In this document: piece after piece, positions 25,561 to 40,875 of the stretch | How the letters are laid out: every line of letters begins with the position of its first letter | Numbering within the stretch: the first letter of the stretch is position 1 | DNA from: Eledone cirrhosa | Lineage: Eukaryota | DNA: 64,000 nt | NCBI GenBank assembly: GCA_964016885.1 | Contig: OZ024740.1 | Location: 228,842,001 to 228,906,000, forward strand | Direction of reading: 5' to 3' | Program-made: the position numbers and the translations under genes | Notes under the pieces: generated by a model | What the model was told of the DNA's origin: nothing | The model's database searches: none | What the model saw: only the letters and a program-made list of their open reading frames with translations

Positions 25561-26065
25561 TTTTTTTTTTTTTTTTTCAGGCTATGAGCATTTATTGTCT
25601 CTCCTCACCACTCCAACATTCAAAACAATGCCTGCATTATTTGTTACCCTCATCATCTTAATCTTCCTCATTATTCATGTAGGAGTAACGTAACTCGTAA
25701 GATTCCTTTGTGGCTGCAACAACTCGAAGCCAATCCCGAAGGCTGTTCTTCTTCAAATATTTCTTGGCCAAATATTTCAGATACCTCTTCGAGAAATGGA
25801 TATCTGCTGAGAACTATCTTTGACTTGGTCTTCTCCAAAGAGACATTGTTCTCAAAATTCTGTGTCTTCCCATTTATCTTAATCCGGGCTTGCAGAAACT
25901 CCTCAAATTTCCTAACATCCATGATGCCATCTTCAACAGGCTGTGTGCAATCAATTGTATATTTAACAACTGTCTTCTTCTTCTTGCCCTTAATGGCAGG
26001 AGATTTTCCTGGCTTACCCTTCTGTACTTTGCGTTGACCTGGCATGACGAACACTTTAGTAAAAA
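25561..26065 (-). pseudogene. RPL22: Processed pseudogene of 60S ribosomal protein L22 (eL22); CDS relic 26045-25637
   Basis: [31 protein letters not shown]..; after a frameshift near 25805, [32 protein letters not shown]; intronless, AATAAA (25591-25596), poly(A) 25561-25577, premature TAA near the C-terminus. Confidence 0.95.
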
Positions 26066-26525
26066 GACTCCAGTTGCATTTTCGATTTCATCTTTTTTCC
26101 TTAGACTTTCACTCGTGTAGGACATCTCGTTTTTTTTTCATTTTGTAAAAAAACCTCATTTTCTAATATATATATATATATATATACAAGTGGAAGCTTA
26201 GTAAAATCGAAGCTTTGGCTGTGGCCAAGCAAAGTCGACCTACAATAAGGAATGAGTAGCAAAGCACTCAATAAGGGTAGGTCCTTAGAGTAAAAACATT
26301 ACGTTTAAATAACTTGACAAATTGAAAATTGCGGTTGGCAAAACTCAACCATTCAATACCAAAACAACGAAAAAAACTAATCAGGTTAAAACAACAGACC
26401 TGGACAGATCAAACGATATTCTGCAACACGTCCGATATGTTTCGTATATATATATATATATATAAAATATTAAAAAAAATAATGAATAAAACAATGAAAC
26501 AGTTCCTTATATTAAACAAAAAAAG

Positions 26526-26678
26526 TTCATTATTTAACGATCGTTTCTAGGACATATATGTGTTAGAATTGGCATGCATACTCAAAAGATCTATGTACAA
26601 AATTATACAAAATTATACAAACTATCAAATAGAATATACATACCAACACATACATATGCCGTCTTCAGAAATAATGAA
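26526..26678 (-). ncRNA. Third, diverged family E hammerhead in a PLE 3'-end fragment (26462-26806)
   Basis: Stem I, core and GAAAC-GATC-GTT unchanged; substitutions fall in stem II and the flanks. Confidence 0.7.
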
Positions 26679-26841
26679 GTATATTTATTGATAATAACAA
26701 CAATTCAAAATTACAGGTCTGTTTGGGAACAGATTTTAAATAGACCAATGAAATACATAAAAATACATCAAGCAAATACAGTTAGGTGTGTGTATATATG
26801 CAAGTAACTTCGTTCACAGATATGTCGGGGTCCTACTCGTT

Positions 26842-26891
<50 letters not shown>

Positions 26892-26974
26892 AACGAGTAG
26901 GACCCCGACGGGTGAGCTCAAGCCGTTTCGACGGCTAATTCTGGTCCACCTGGTTCCTTACCACATTTCCTTCG

Positions 26975-27117
<143 letters not shown>

Positions 27118-27510
27118 CGTACGCAGGTGTGTGTGTATACGCGCGCATGTGTGTGTGTATACGTGCGCATGTGTGTGCATCGTAGTAGAATCATGTCAAC
27201 CATTTAAACATTCACACATATAGCTAATATATTTACACACAAACCTTACATGCATTAGAAGTCGATTTTGTACTAAGATGTCTGTAGTTATTGTATACAC
27301 GTATATGTCTGTTTCCTTTTTCTTTAGGAAAATCAAGGCTAATATTTTAACAATAAATGTTAAAAATAATCAAGTATTTATAGAAATACAGAGAAAGTGA
27401 CGTCCGAATGAATATCTGCCACCTCCAACTAACTTACCCTCCGCCTCTGGGTCCCGACAGACAGGATGGAGAATACATTGCCCTGGAAGATGGCAATTGT
27501 ATATTATTGA

Positions 27511-27691
27511 TGGATTGGCAGTATCGGTAAAGGGTCAGACACCATGCTTTGACGCATAGAGTTACGGCCCTTTCCATTCTGAGTTCAAATCCCGCCAAGG
27601 TTAACTTTGCCTTTCATCCTTACGGGGTCGATAAAATAAAGTACCAGTAATGCACTGGGTAATTGCTGGCCTTGTGCCAAAAGTAGAAACC
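27511..27691 (+). mobile_element. SINE
   Basis: Family motifs; attattga duplicated on both sides. Confidence 0.88.
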
Positions 27692-28052
27692 ATTATTGAA
27701 TAACAACTGTTAATTTTCATTTTTTTTAATGTTTATATTGATAAAATGTGAAATGAAATGATTTAATAAACGAGCTTTTTTAGTCATGTGGTGGGCGTTG
27801 GTTCCCTAAGTGGGCGTCGTAGTTGTAACTTGATATTACTTTGTGGGCTATATGAGGTACACAGATACATATACATACATAAATGCAGATATATATACAT
27901 AGAGACGTACTTATATGCATACACGCATTTCTCCAAAATGGTTGACTGAATACACGTGTTTTTTTTTCCAAAAAAAAAATGTTTCCGTTCCTTCTCTTCT
28001 CACTCTATTTTTCTAAAATATCATACCGATATACACCAACACACACACACAC

Positions 28053-28129
<77 letters not shown>

Positions 28130-28133
28130 TGTA

Positions 28134-28735
<602 letters not shown>

Positions 28736-28866
28736 AGATTCCTGACCCCGGGTCTAACTGTCGAATTGGCCGGAGCTCAGCCGTCGGGTCCTGAATCTTT
28801 TCATATTACTCACTCTATTACCCCAAGTATCGAGTTAAGGTCCACCTGGTATTTTACCACACCCAT

Positions 28867-28937
<71 letters not shown>

Positions 28938-28938
<1 letters not shown>

Positions 28939-30323
28939 TAGCCTAATTACCCGTGCCTTGGTGCGTTTCACACATTTTTTTCGTAAGAAAATGATGATTG
29001 ATTTTAAATCCGTGATATAATTTATGGAGAAAAACTCTGCATTTCAATAATATTCAATGTAAAATGTAATGCATGAAAAATTGGAAAACATTATTTTTTG
29101 TAATATATCAAATCAAAATTACATTATTAAATCTTATTCTTATTTTGTTTCTCGTAAATAATTTTTTCAAAATATCAATTCAAAACTTTTGTGAATAGGC
29201 ATATATTGTCATTTACCTATGGTTTAAATTTCATATAAATCGAAGGGAAAAATCTTCAGCGGGGTTTGTGCCTCCGGGGAACCCTAATAGGGGGTTTAAC
29301 CCCCATTAGTGTGTCTTAATATTATTGAAATTTGCTGAAGTTTTGTGAATAGGCATCATATCTTGTCATATGGTTTGGGGAACCCTTTGATTAAAATGAA
29401 ATATACTTATCCAAGTACCCTGGGCAATGTAGTTTCAGAATATATATGGTTATGGGGGTCTATCTCCAAAACCATAGGAGGAGTTCGTGAACAAACAAAC
29501 AAACAAACAAACAGACAGGAATACAACTTTATATATCTATATATTAATTTCAACAATGTCAGTATTCCGTGTGTCATAATTCTCGATTATCATTGGTTAA
29601 TAGGTTTCAAACGACTCCGCCCACCTCAACGACGCCAAACTTAAATTAATATGCATAATGCCAATGAGAGAGTGAGAGGGGAGAGTAAGAAACAGAGAGG
29701 CAAAGTGAACGCTGTGTTGGATACACTATGTATATGTGTCAGTGTAGAGACATGTGTGTGTGTGTGTGATGTGTGTGGAAACAAGAGGGGAAGGAAAGCA
29801 GTAACTATTAATATGTGTGCGTGTGTATGTACGTGCGCATATGTTTATGTGTGTGTGCGTGCGTGCAGCGTTCCACAGAAAGTAAAAACTATCAACATGT
29901 GTGAGTGTGTGCGTATGTGTAAGTGCACGGGTGCGTGTGTAAGTTTACGTGCGTGTGCGCGTTTCCATGCATATGTGTGTGTACGTGCGGCGTTCCACAA
30001 TCGCCACGCAGTTTGTCTGTCTGCGTGCCTGTCTGTCAGTCTAACATACACAGAGTTGTGAAGGGAGTAAATAGGGACCTTTTTTTACATTGACAGACAT
30101 CTTTTATATTTATTATTGTGTCATTATTTGACAATTGCTGGAAATAACGAGGAATCTGGTATATCTGGAAGATTTTTTTTACTGTTTTTTGTATCACACA
30201 GACATCACGGACTCGCCTCATACTGTAACCAGACAAACATCCAATACAGTCATTTTCTCTTGTACCTGACTTCTCTTATCGTCTGTTTACCCAGGCGAAG
30301 CTGGGTACGTCAGCTAGTATAGA
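28938..30323 (-). mobile_element. Non-autonomous Helitron (host of a nested Helitron)
   Basis: CTAG 3' end at 28938-28941, (ACAA)n subterminal tract, 5' TC at 30322-30323 once the insert is removed. Confidence 0.6.
29536..30317 (+). mobile_element. Non-autonomous Helitron
   Basis: A^TC start, cccagg-cgaa-gctggg hairpin + CTAG^T end; homologs at 54756-56280. Confidence 0.8.
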
Positions 30324-30351
30324 TTTATGTCTTCTATGTGTTGTTTCTAAC

Positions 30352-30410
30352 TTGTCTGAAGAGGTCTCATAGCTGTTGAATTTTGGCTATCACCGAAATA
30401 TATATAACGG
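30352..30410 (+). ncRNA. Type I hammerhead-like motif (family G)
   Basis: TTGT-CTGAAGA-GGT..ATAGCT..GGCTAT..ACC-GAAATATATAT-A-ACGG; degenerate homolog 40038-40096 with stem I GCTGC/GCAGC. Confidence 0.6.
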
Positions 30411-30559
30411 TAATAATAAAAAGTAACTTATGAAATGTAGACTTATACCTCTTGTTTATAAATTTATTCTGGAGTTGACAGACTCTCTTGTGGACTTCGT
30501 TCAGTGTTCTACCCTGCATACTGAAGTGTTGGTGTTAAACTAACACATAAACTGATTAA

Positions 30560-30667
<108 letters not shown>

Positions 30668-30900
30668 AGAGTATTGAAGTTTGCTTGAAGCATTGTGGAA
30701 CAATAAGTAAATATTTATAAGTCGTTTGGAAGCCTCGACAATGCAAATGGGTAAATCTCCGGGTAACAATGTCCGGTGGTGGAGAGAGAGATATGTAAGT
30801 GGGTGTACGTTGAGATGCGTGGTGTGTATAAGATGTGTGAGATGTGTAGAATGAAGGGAAGAGTAAAAGAATAAAAATAATAATAACAACACAAGAGGGA

Positions 30901-31661
<761 letters not shown>

Positions 31662-31665
31662 ATGT

Positions 31666-31903
31666 AAAATTGAAAAAGTGGAGAATAACATGGTCAACAG
31701 TACAAAAAAGGGGATTTATTTGCATTCTAACAATTGTTTCACTGATAGAGTTATCTAAAAATTGCTGAACACTAAAAGCAGTGCCACTCAATTTTAAATA
31801 CGATGTTAACTCTATTAGATCTTCGAGTGAAACAAATATTAGCCTGCAAATAAATACCCTTTTTTGTACTGTTGACCATGTTATTCTTCACTTTTTCAAT
31901 TTT
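31666..31903. repeat. Fold-back element with a hammerhead relic on the minus strand (31723-31826)
   Basis: About 60-bp inverted arms; minus strand tCGAAGA-TCTAATAGAGTTA..TAACTCTATCAGT-GAAAC-AATT-GTT-AGAATG. Confidence 0.6.
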
Positions 31904-32067
31904 ATTACTCCAAGATAAACTTACATAGGAATACAAGTTAAATCATAAACTCGCCACCTACGTAAACCTCTTGTTGAGTCAAACAACGCCGTACGCTAAA
32001 ACCCTCCATAATAAGAAGTATTCACAACCTCTAATTGGTTTACCTATAACGATATTTTGTTATCCTT

Positions 32068-32114
<47 letters not shown>

Positions 32115-32117
<3 letters not shown>

Positions 32118-32333
32118 AAAAAGTTTAACCCCGACGGCAGAGCTCAAGCCGTTTCGTCGGCTATTTCTGGAGTGTCCAGAAATAGCCGTCGAAACGGCTT
32201 GAGCTCCGCCGTCGGGGTTAAACTTTTTCCTATTACCCACTCTACTACCCTAAGTATTGAGTACTCTAGTGCGTTATGGTTCATCTGGTTCCTTACCACA
32301 CTTACTTCATTATATATATATGTATAGACATAC

Positions 32334-32376
<43 letters not shown>

Positions 32377-32558
32377 CGAAGGAAATGTGGTAAGGAACCA
32401 GGTGGACCATAACGCACCAAAGTACTCAATACTTAGGGTAGTAGAGTAGGTAATAGGAACCAGTAAGACCCCGACGGCTGAGCTCAAGCCGTTTCGACGG
32501 CTAATTCTGAATTAGCCGTCGAAACGGCTTGAGCTCAGCCGTCGGGGTCTTACTGGTT

Positions 32559-32562
<4 letters not shown>
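32115..32562. mobile_element. Two adjacent family D fold-back elements
   Basis: Palindromes centred near 32172 and 32508. Confidence 0.7.
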
Positions 32563-32606
<44 letters not shown>

Positions 32607-33724
32607 TTTTGCGACGTTTTTGATATGAAATCGTGTGTCGAAACCAATGAAGAGGTGGCGTAGGCATAGAATACAACAGGAGGAAACAATAGCACCACTG
32701 ACGTAATGACTCTCCTTATCCCTGCTAGGTCCAATATATTAATATACCAGTACTGAGTATATTAATATATTGAAGATGGGGATATTAATTAGTTTATTAA
32801 TTCCAGGAATGGAAACAAGTTCTAACGTCTTATGTGTAATTCGGAAATTCCTAAGATAGTCAGTCGGTGATGTAATGCATACCAGATAATTATTAATAGC
32901 AGTGATGCTAACAATCATGGTGATACAATTATGGGGGTTGGGTAGAAATGCAAGTTAATCAATCAAGGAATAGTTGAAGGTAAATTTGAAAAAATAAAAA
33001 AAAAAACAATATAAAATTAAGTTAAATTTATATTAATTTAAATTAACAGCATAGCTAGCATTGGGTCTTATGTCTCGGTTAATATTAGATCCCAAATGGA
33101 ATATAATAGAATTATATACTATAAGATGAAATATGAAAATATAGAGAACTAAGGTGTAGATTAATGGTAAATTTTATATTGTGTAGTATGTATGTCCCTG
33201 TGTAGATCATACAAGAGAACTATATCGAATGTTAGGTGGTGAGTAATTTCACGCGGGTGGATAATTAAATATATAATTAATGGATGGTAAATAAGTAAAC
33301 GGGGTAGTTAAATGTAATTAATGATTGATAATAATTAATATCTAGTTGAAGCTATTGGAACGGGGGACCCTACTGAGACATGTGGTATTAGAAAATAGTA
33401 TCACGTTCGAAACATACGATAGCATGTAAGTTAAGGTGAACACAAGTTATATTAGAAAAATAAAACATAATAAAAAAAATAATAAAAACTAAAATCCAAA
33501 GTAAAAAAATATAATGAAATGAAATAAAATAGAAGTAAAAATGAAATTGAATAATATGTAATGTAAGGTATGAGATGTAACTTTCAATATAAATACCTGA
33601 AATAACAATTAATATTCAACTCCGTACCTACACCAGCCACGAGGTTCAACATCAACGATGGAGAGCGCTTTTCTTACAATTAAATCATGGTTCTATCCAT
33701 TGGTGAACCCCAAAACTTAAATGA

Positions 33725-33822
<98 letters not shown>

Positions 33823-34077
33823 CAAATAGTTTATCGCTCTACATGACTGAATACAATAAATGTAAACTGAGTTTTTCGAATATTAATTATTCGATTATGC
33901 AAACAGCCTCTTTAAAGCCATTTCAGTAGAATGACACCCATCATTCTTGCTCTTGTGTTGGCATGTAATATATATATATATTTATATATCAACAGTCGAT
34001 CGACTTTCGTCAAATCGGACCGAGGAAACAATGTTTCCGTTGGTCTTTCCAATTGCTAGTACTCTCTATCGGTCGCA

Positions 34078-34209
34078 ACTCCAGGTAGAAGGAGCAACGT
34101 GAAATAAAGTGTCTTGCTCAAGGACATAACGCATCGCCCGGTCCGGGAATCGAACTTACAACCTCACGATTAGGAATCCAATTTTCTAACCACTCGGCCA
34201 CACGCCTTC
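34078..34209 (-). mobile_element. tRNA-derived CORE-type SINE
   Basis: Minus strand A-box tggccgagtgg, B-box gttcgattcc, then gtccttgagcaagacact CORE-like segment; relative at 52300-52580. Confidence 0.75.
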
Positions 34210-34664
34210 ACATATTTATATATATAGATAGGAAAATGTTCAAGACCCCGACGGCAGAGCTTAAGCCGTTTCGACGGATATTTCTATATATATTTTTTTG
34301 TTCCGACCCCTCTCCGTCCACACGCACACAGACACAGATTTACATCCTACCCCATCTACACACTGGGGTTTTCCTATTACCCGAGCATGGAACTTGGTTC
34401 TCCCCTAAACTCTCACACTCACATCCACACAAACACATACACACGTACACCTACACACATACACACACACCACCTTCCGCCCTCTCCGCTCGGACCCCCA
34501 ATTTCCTTCTCCCCTCTCCCTCCCCCTCTATCCAGCCACCAGCACCTCTACACGCCTCACACCCTTTCACCACTTGTTTTCATTTTTATTTTTTTCCTTT
34601 TATTTTAACGTCTGTCCACCCCACCTCCCTCACACCCTCTCGGAACTCTTTTCCTTCCCACCTT

Positions 34665-34700
34665 TCTCCTGATGAAGGGCTTATGCTCGAAACGTCGTCC
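34665..34700 (+). ncRNA. Minimal PLE-type hammerhead (family H), stem I degenerate
   Basis: CTGATGA-aGGGC ttat GCTC-GAAAC-GTC; homolog 60615-60650. Confidence 0.5.
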
Positions 34701-34783
34701 CCACCCCCACTCTCAAGCGTGAACCTAATACCAATACTGTTCGTAACTGCATTCCTTGTTATTGTTTTTGTTTTTTTACTTTT

Positions 34784-34903
<120 letters not shown>

Positions 34904-34917
34904 ATACACACACACAT

Positions 34918-34952
<35 letters not shown>

Positions 34953-35037
34953 GTAATAATAATAAAATTGAAGACTAAAATCCATAGAGGGCTCGATAAG
35001 GAAAGTATATATCAAATATATAAGAACCGTAGAGAAA

Positions 35038-36057
35038 ATATTTATTAAAATAACAGATTAAAGTTTAAGCAAAGAATCGCTGCTTTCACCCTTAACGGGA
35101 TCTTCTGAAACTAACAAAGTCAATCTGTAAACGCAGAACTGGATATTTCAAAAAACGTTGCAACCGGAGGAAGACAGGAAGACGATACTTTGGTTCGTGG
35201 TAACGTTCGCTGGCAAAGAACGGGAAAAAACGAATAATACGTCATTAATAGGAGCGGTGAAAAACAATTACGCGCAAAGACAAAACCACGTTTATGGTAT
35301 AAAAGTGGTCGTAGACTAATGTTCTCTTAGGTGGTGCATAGAGACGTTCTCTGGCAATGAACGAAAAAACGAAGATAATAAGTCATATGTGGAGCGTGGA
35401 GAACAATAGCACACAAAGACAAAACCACGTAAATGGTATAGCAGAAATCGTAGACTAAAATTCTAACTAGGATACCAAATGAATCTCCGCTACAGAGTTA
35501 AGAACAAAGTAAATAAATACAATACAGAAGTAATAGAAACAAATAAATACATACACGCAAACAGATACGTACATACACAAGCATACGCAAAACCTTAACT
35601 CTGTAGCGGAGATTCATTTGGTCTCCTAGTTAGAATTTTAGTCTACGATTTCTGCTATACCATTTACGTGGTTTTGTCTTTGCGTGCTATTGTTCTCCAC
35701 GCTCCACATATGACTTATTATCTTCGTTTTTTCGTTCATTGCCAGAGAACGTCTCTATGCACCACCTAAGAGAACATTAGTCTACGACCTCTTTTATACC
35801 ATAAACGTGGTTCTGTCTTTGCGCGTAATTGTTTTTCACCGCTCCTATTAATGACGTATTATTCGTTTTTTCCCGTTCTTTGCCAGCGAACGTTTCCACG
35901 AACCAAAGTATCGTCTTCCTGTCTTCCTCCGGTTGCAACGTTTTTTGAAATATCCAGTTCTGCGTTTACAGATTGACTTTGTTAGTTTCAGAAGATCCCG
36001 TTAAGGGTGAAAGCAGCGATTCTTTGCTTAAACTTTAATCTGTTATTTTAATAAATA
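35038..36057. repeat. About 1-kb near-perfect palindrome (arms 35038-35500 and 35595-36057) ending in hammerheads (family I)
   Basis: AGTTT-CAGAAGA-tCCC gttaa GGGt-GAAAGCA..TGCTT-AAACT at 35984-36034(+) and 35062-35112(-); also 7915-7965, 37672-37722, about 62301-62347. Confidence 0.8.
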
Positions 36058-36115
36058 TATATATATATATATATACGATATTAACAAATAGAAACTATAT
36101 TTATAAAACCATATC

Positions 36116-36180
36116 TATTTTATTATACGTATTTCAAGGATACCATGTTAAATTATGGTATGCCTTCATCAGACAAAATA
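36116..36180 (-). ncRNA. Hammerhead family C
   Basis: TATTTTGT-CTGATGA-AGG..ATACCAT..ATGGTAT-CCTt-GAA-ATACGTAT-A-ATAAAATA; palindromic stem III. Confidence 0.7.
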
Positions 36181-36308
36181 CAATATATACCGGTTTTATA
36201 AATAAATATTGACATACCCTTTCAAAATGCAACCGTTACTTTTGAAAGACATCAGGGATTGTATCCCAACAATTTAAATAGAACTTTTGCATATATATAT
36301 ATACACAT

Positions 36309-36402
<94 letters not shown>

Positions 36403-36404
<2 letters not shown>

Positions 36405-36590
36405 CGAAGGAAATGTGGTAAGGAACCAGGTGGACCATAACGCACCAAAGTACTCAATACTTGAGGTAGTAGAGTGGGTAATAGGAACCAGTAAGACCCC
36501 GACAGCTGAGCTCAAGCCGTTTCGACGGCTAATTGAATTAGCCGTCGAAACGGCTTGAGCTCAGCTGTCGGGGTCTTACTGGTTCCTATA
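36403..36590. mobile_element. Family D fold-back element
   Basis: Palindrome centred near 36535. Confidence 0.7.
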
Positions 36591-37333
36591 TATATATATA
36601 TATATATATATAAGGAATTACATACAATAAGAGAGTCGAATGAAGAAAAAACAAAAGTGGTGAGTCACTGCACTTTCGTAACAATGGAAGTGTTTTCCTG
36701 CGACATATCAACCCACTCATATAATTGTGATATCACATGATGATGTAACACAGGTGGCGGTTGATGTAATGATTTCATAACAGTTGGTGTCACGGAATTA
36801 CGAAAAATTCAATAAATACGATTGTGTAACACCTGTCTTAATGTTTATTTCATTCATGGAAAAACCGTTACGTTTCACCGTCACCTTTATGCTGAAGAGA
36901 TACAACTGATTTAGATAGCTCTTACCTGTTTAAACCTTTTTATCAACTAGATGTGACAACACATCTTTTACGAACAAACAAGTAATTAGCAACTATACAT
37001 ACATACATACATACATATATATATACATATATATATATATAGAGAGAGAGAGAGAAAATACTGCAGGTAGCACATGGATAACATGTAATAAAATAAGTCC
37101 CTCATCAGTGATTTGCCGAAGATCATAGATATTTCATTGCATTAAAAATCATATATCTCACTTCGGTGCAATAATAACCAAAATAAGTTATTAGGACAAT
37201 TAAAACGCGTAAAGCGAGTGAGACAGGAGAACAACCGAAAGTATAGCATACCGTAGGGGACAGAAACAAGCTTCAAAAATTATTCTGTTTAGCATAAGCT
37301 AGGTGAATATATGAGCGCTTAGAGAATAGAACC

Positions 37334-37381
<48 letters not shown>

Positions 37382-37586
37382 GAAAGAAGGTTGACATGGT
37401 TTGCTATACAAAAAAGGTTTTTAATCTCATAGCTGACAATTGTTTCTCTGAACTGGTAGGTCTAGAGATCGCTATTCGCTTATTTTCACGTTACTCGATC
37501 GCCAATACAAAATTATAACTACCTGGAATACCATAACTGGACTATACCTAAGTGGACTGCAGTGTGTGTGTATGTAGGTGTGTGTG

Positions 37587-37659
<73 letters not shown>

Positions 37660-37780
37660 ATAACAGATTAAAGTTTAAGCAAAGAATCGCTGCTTTCACC
37701 CTTAACGGGATCTTCTGAAACTAACAAAGTCAATCTGTATAAGTCAATAGAGTGCTCAACCGAGGGAGCCAAATAGTAAT

Positions 37781-37961
37781 TGTTTCTACTGTTGGCACAA
37801 GGCCAGCAATTATCCCAGTGTATTACTGGTACTTTATTTTATCGACCCCGTACGGATGAAACGCAAAGTGAACCTCGGCGCGATTTGAACTCAGTCCGTA
37901 AAGGGACGTAACTGTGCTGAAAAGCATGGCGTCGGACGCCCTACCGATACTGCCAATCCAC
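37781..37961 (-). mobile_element. SINE
   Basis: Family motifs; atagtaat duplicated. Confidence 0.85.
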
Positions 37962-38329
37962 ATAGTAATAATAATAAATTTGAAGACTAAAATAAGCAAA
38001 GAATCGCTGCTTTTACCCTTAATGGGATCTTCTGAAACTAACAAAGTCAATCTGCATAAGTCAATAGAGTGCTCAACCGAGGGAGCCAAATATATATATA
38101 TATGTATATATATATGAATGTATGCATAGTATATTTGGCAATATACCGTATGTTTAATTAAAAACATTTAGAAGACGTTACGCTATCATTTTTAAAGTAG
38201 AGACTATGTCACTTACTTCTTTTCGGCGAAAGAAGGCAGAGAAGCTAACAGTCTGTTTCATGTTCTTTGGCAATCATCAGAGCTACGTACTGCCCTCTTC
38301 CGCCGAAAATTATAGAAGCTGGATTGCTT

Positions 38330-38490
38330 GTTTGCTTGTCTGTAATGTAATACAGTCAAAAGAGCGCATAATGGGAAAATACTTTGAAAGGAAGTTGATC
38401 CTGAAATGGGAATACAAATGGGATAAAACAAGTTTCATGTAAATCGGACCACTGGTTCCCGAGATATGGGGTTTTTCCGTGTCCCTTCAT

Positions 38491-38538
<48 letters not shown>

Positions 38539-38701
38539 ATATATGCATACACACACGTATATATAAGGGCCTTCCAGTTTCATTTCACATTATATACATG
38601 TCTATGTATATTTTAACTATTTAAAAATTATTTTTAAGTGACCATGATTTTTAAAAAATATTTTGAAGTGAACGTGACCCAAGGGGTCACGGGTGGTCTA
38701 G
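38330..38701 (+). mobile_element. Non-autonomous Helitron (homolog of 2979-3321)
   Basis: cgtgaccc-aag-gggtcacg hairpin + CTAG^T. Confidence 0.7.
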
Positions 38702-39197
38702 TATATATATAAATTTGAGTTTGTGTTGGTTGCTTACCGACACTTCAGCATTTAAAACGCCACAGAGCCACCATTACTTAGTGGCTACGCCTGTGCCTCG
38801 CATCGCTGTGATTCACCCTTCCTTCTCACTTCCTTAGTTCGAACCCAAGTTAACGGCCACTAGTTAATTAGCGAGATAATATACTTTGGCAGGGTTCTAC
38901 ACTGGTGATCTCCATGCCCCCCACATTTCCGACCACCGGGGTTCACCATCCTCCCCCGAGCAGTGATCCGGTTCTCCGAAGGACAAGCTACTTCAAAACT
39001 AACCCCTTTCGCACACAAAAATCCGTACTAACAGTGATAAGTAAATACGAAGCACCTATTATTTCTCTTCCTACCCTTACAAAGGGTACACGTGTGTCTC
39101 TGCGTGTGTATGTTTACACGTATGTGTGTGTGTATGTACTTGTGTGAGTGCGTGTATAGATGTCTACGCAAATATGCTTAGGTATGTGAATGTATAG

Positions 39198-39287
<90 letters not shown>

Positions 39288-39600
39288 AAGCATGTATATA
39301 TGTGCGTGCGTGTGCGGATACGTAGATATCTGTTTGTGGGTATGTACTAAATGTTTAAAATATCGATTATAATGTTTAACACTTATTAATTTTTAATTTT
39401 TAACACTTATAAATGTTTACATGTATAGCTCTTAACACCTACAGTTATAATTCCAACATCTCCTGCTATACGGTCTCAGCTGTACCCAAATAGGGTTACA
39501 CGCTAGAATACTACAAGAGAAAGATGGCCGCTGACCTGCCTACACCGCTGCCACCATAGTAAAATAGGTCAACTGGACCGAAACACCCCTACTTGCAGAT

Positions 39601-39789
39601 TGGTGGATTGGCAGTATCGGTAAAGGGTCGGACGCCATGCTTTGACGCATTGAGTTACGACCCTTGCCATTCTGTGTTCAAATCCTGCCGAGGTTAACTT
39701 TGCCTTTCATCCGTACGGGGTTGATAAAATAAAGTCCCAGTAATGCACTGGGATAATTGCTGGCATTCTGTCAAAAGTAGAAACAATTA
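39601..39789 (+). mobile_element. SINE
   Basis: Family motifs. Confidence 0.85.
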
Positions 39790-40476
39790 TAGCTGATTAT
39801 TAAAATCAACTATGGCAGGCCGACCTTCTTCAAGAACAACTGACCCGCTAGGATGGTATCTGACCAATGAGAAGAAAGTATACGCTTTGGATGCAAGAGT
39901 TCGTTCATTTTAGTTCATATGCCACCAGTTCTTTGGATTAACAACACCACTTTTCGGGTCTAGGCATATCAACGAATTAACAAGGTAAACTTTATTCCAC
40001 CATTATGTTTCCCTGTTTTTTTTCTGTTCAAGTTCTAGCTGCCTGGTAAGGCCATAACTGTTGAGTTATGGTTATCACCGAAATATATATTGCAGCGAAT
40101 ATGAATAAACGAAGTTAATTTTAACTTTTAACCTGTTGACTTACAATTCTTGTTTATATATATATATATATATATATATATCATAAATCATGTCCTTAGA
40201 ATTATTAGATAAAATATATACCATTTCCTCTCCCAATTAGCATAATTAACCATATAAAAAATCAATTAGACCAAGCTATAAGAAGAAAGGCTCTTATGAA
40301 GAAATCTCCGACAAATAACCGAAAGTGGCCTCTTCGCGGTGGCCCCAATAGAGTATTTATCCAACATTTCGACAGCATGTAGAAACTGACTAAATATACC
40401 ATCAACCATACACAATTAGGTGTAAAATTAAACTTAGAAGAAATGTGTACATACCGTAATTATATCTCTACCATGG

Positions 40477-40516
<40 letters not shown>

Positions 40517-40543
40517 AAGAATTGTAAGTCAACAGGTTATATA

Positions 40544-40695
40544 TAGAATAGCTTTCACCGTATATTTGACTAAAGGAATTTTAGCCTGATAATGGGGTTT
40601 AGAACTCTCAGATCTTTTTCCATTTATCTGAGGGTTCTAAACCGCATTAACAGGCTAAAATTCCTTTAGTCAAAAATACGGTGAAAGCTATTCTA
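40544..40695. repeat. Fold-back TA-associated element
   Basis: tagaatagctttcaccgta..tacggtgaaagctattcta palindrome; family also at 11760-11862 and 57528-57605. Confidence 0.6.
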
Positions 40696-40739
40696 TTTTC
40701 TAATTTCAAACCTGCTCACAGTTTCAAAACATACTTACT

Positions 40740-40808
<69 letters not shown>

Positions 40809-40875
40809 CAAGGTTTAGCAAATAAGAAAAAGTTTCAAAATAAATTTCAAAAAATTCACTGTACTCACTATGGTT

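Noticed and set aside
25671-26054. Functional RPL22 gene
   Set aside because: Frameshift, premature stop, genomic poly(A), no introns.
37430-37452. GAAAC-AATT-GTC half motif (similar at 57318-57336 and 60880-60897)
   Set aside because: No upstream CUGANGA or stem I partner; at most truncated relics.
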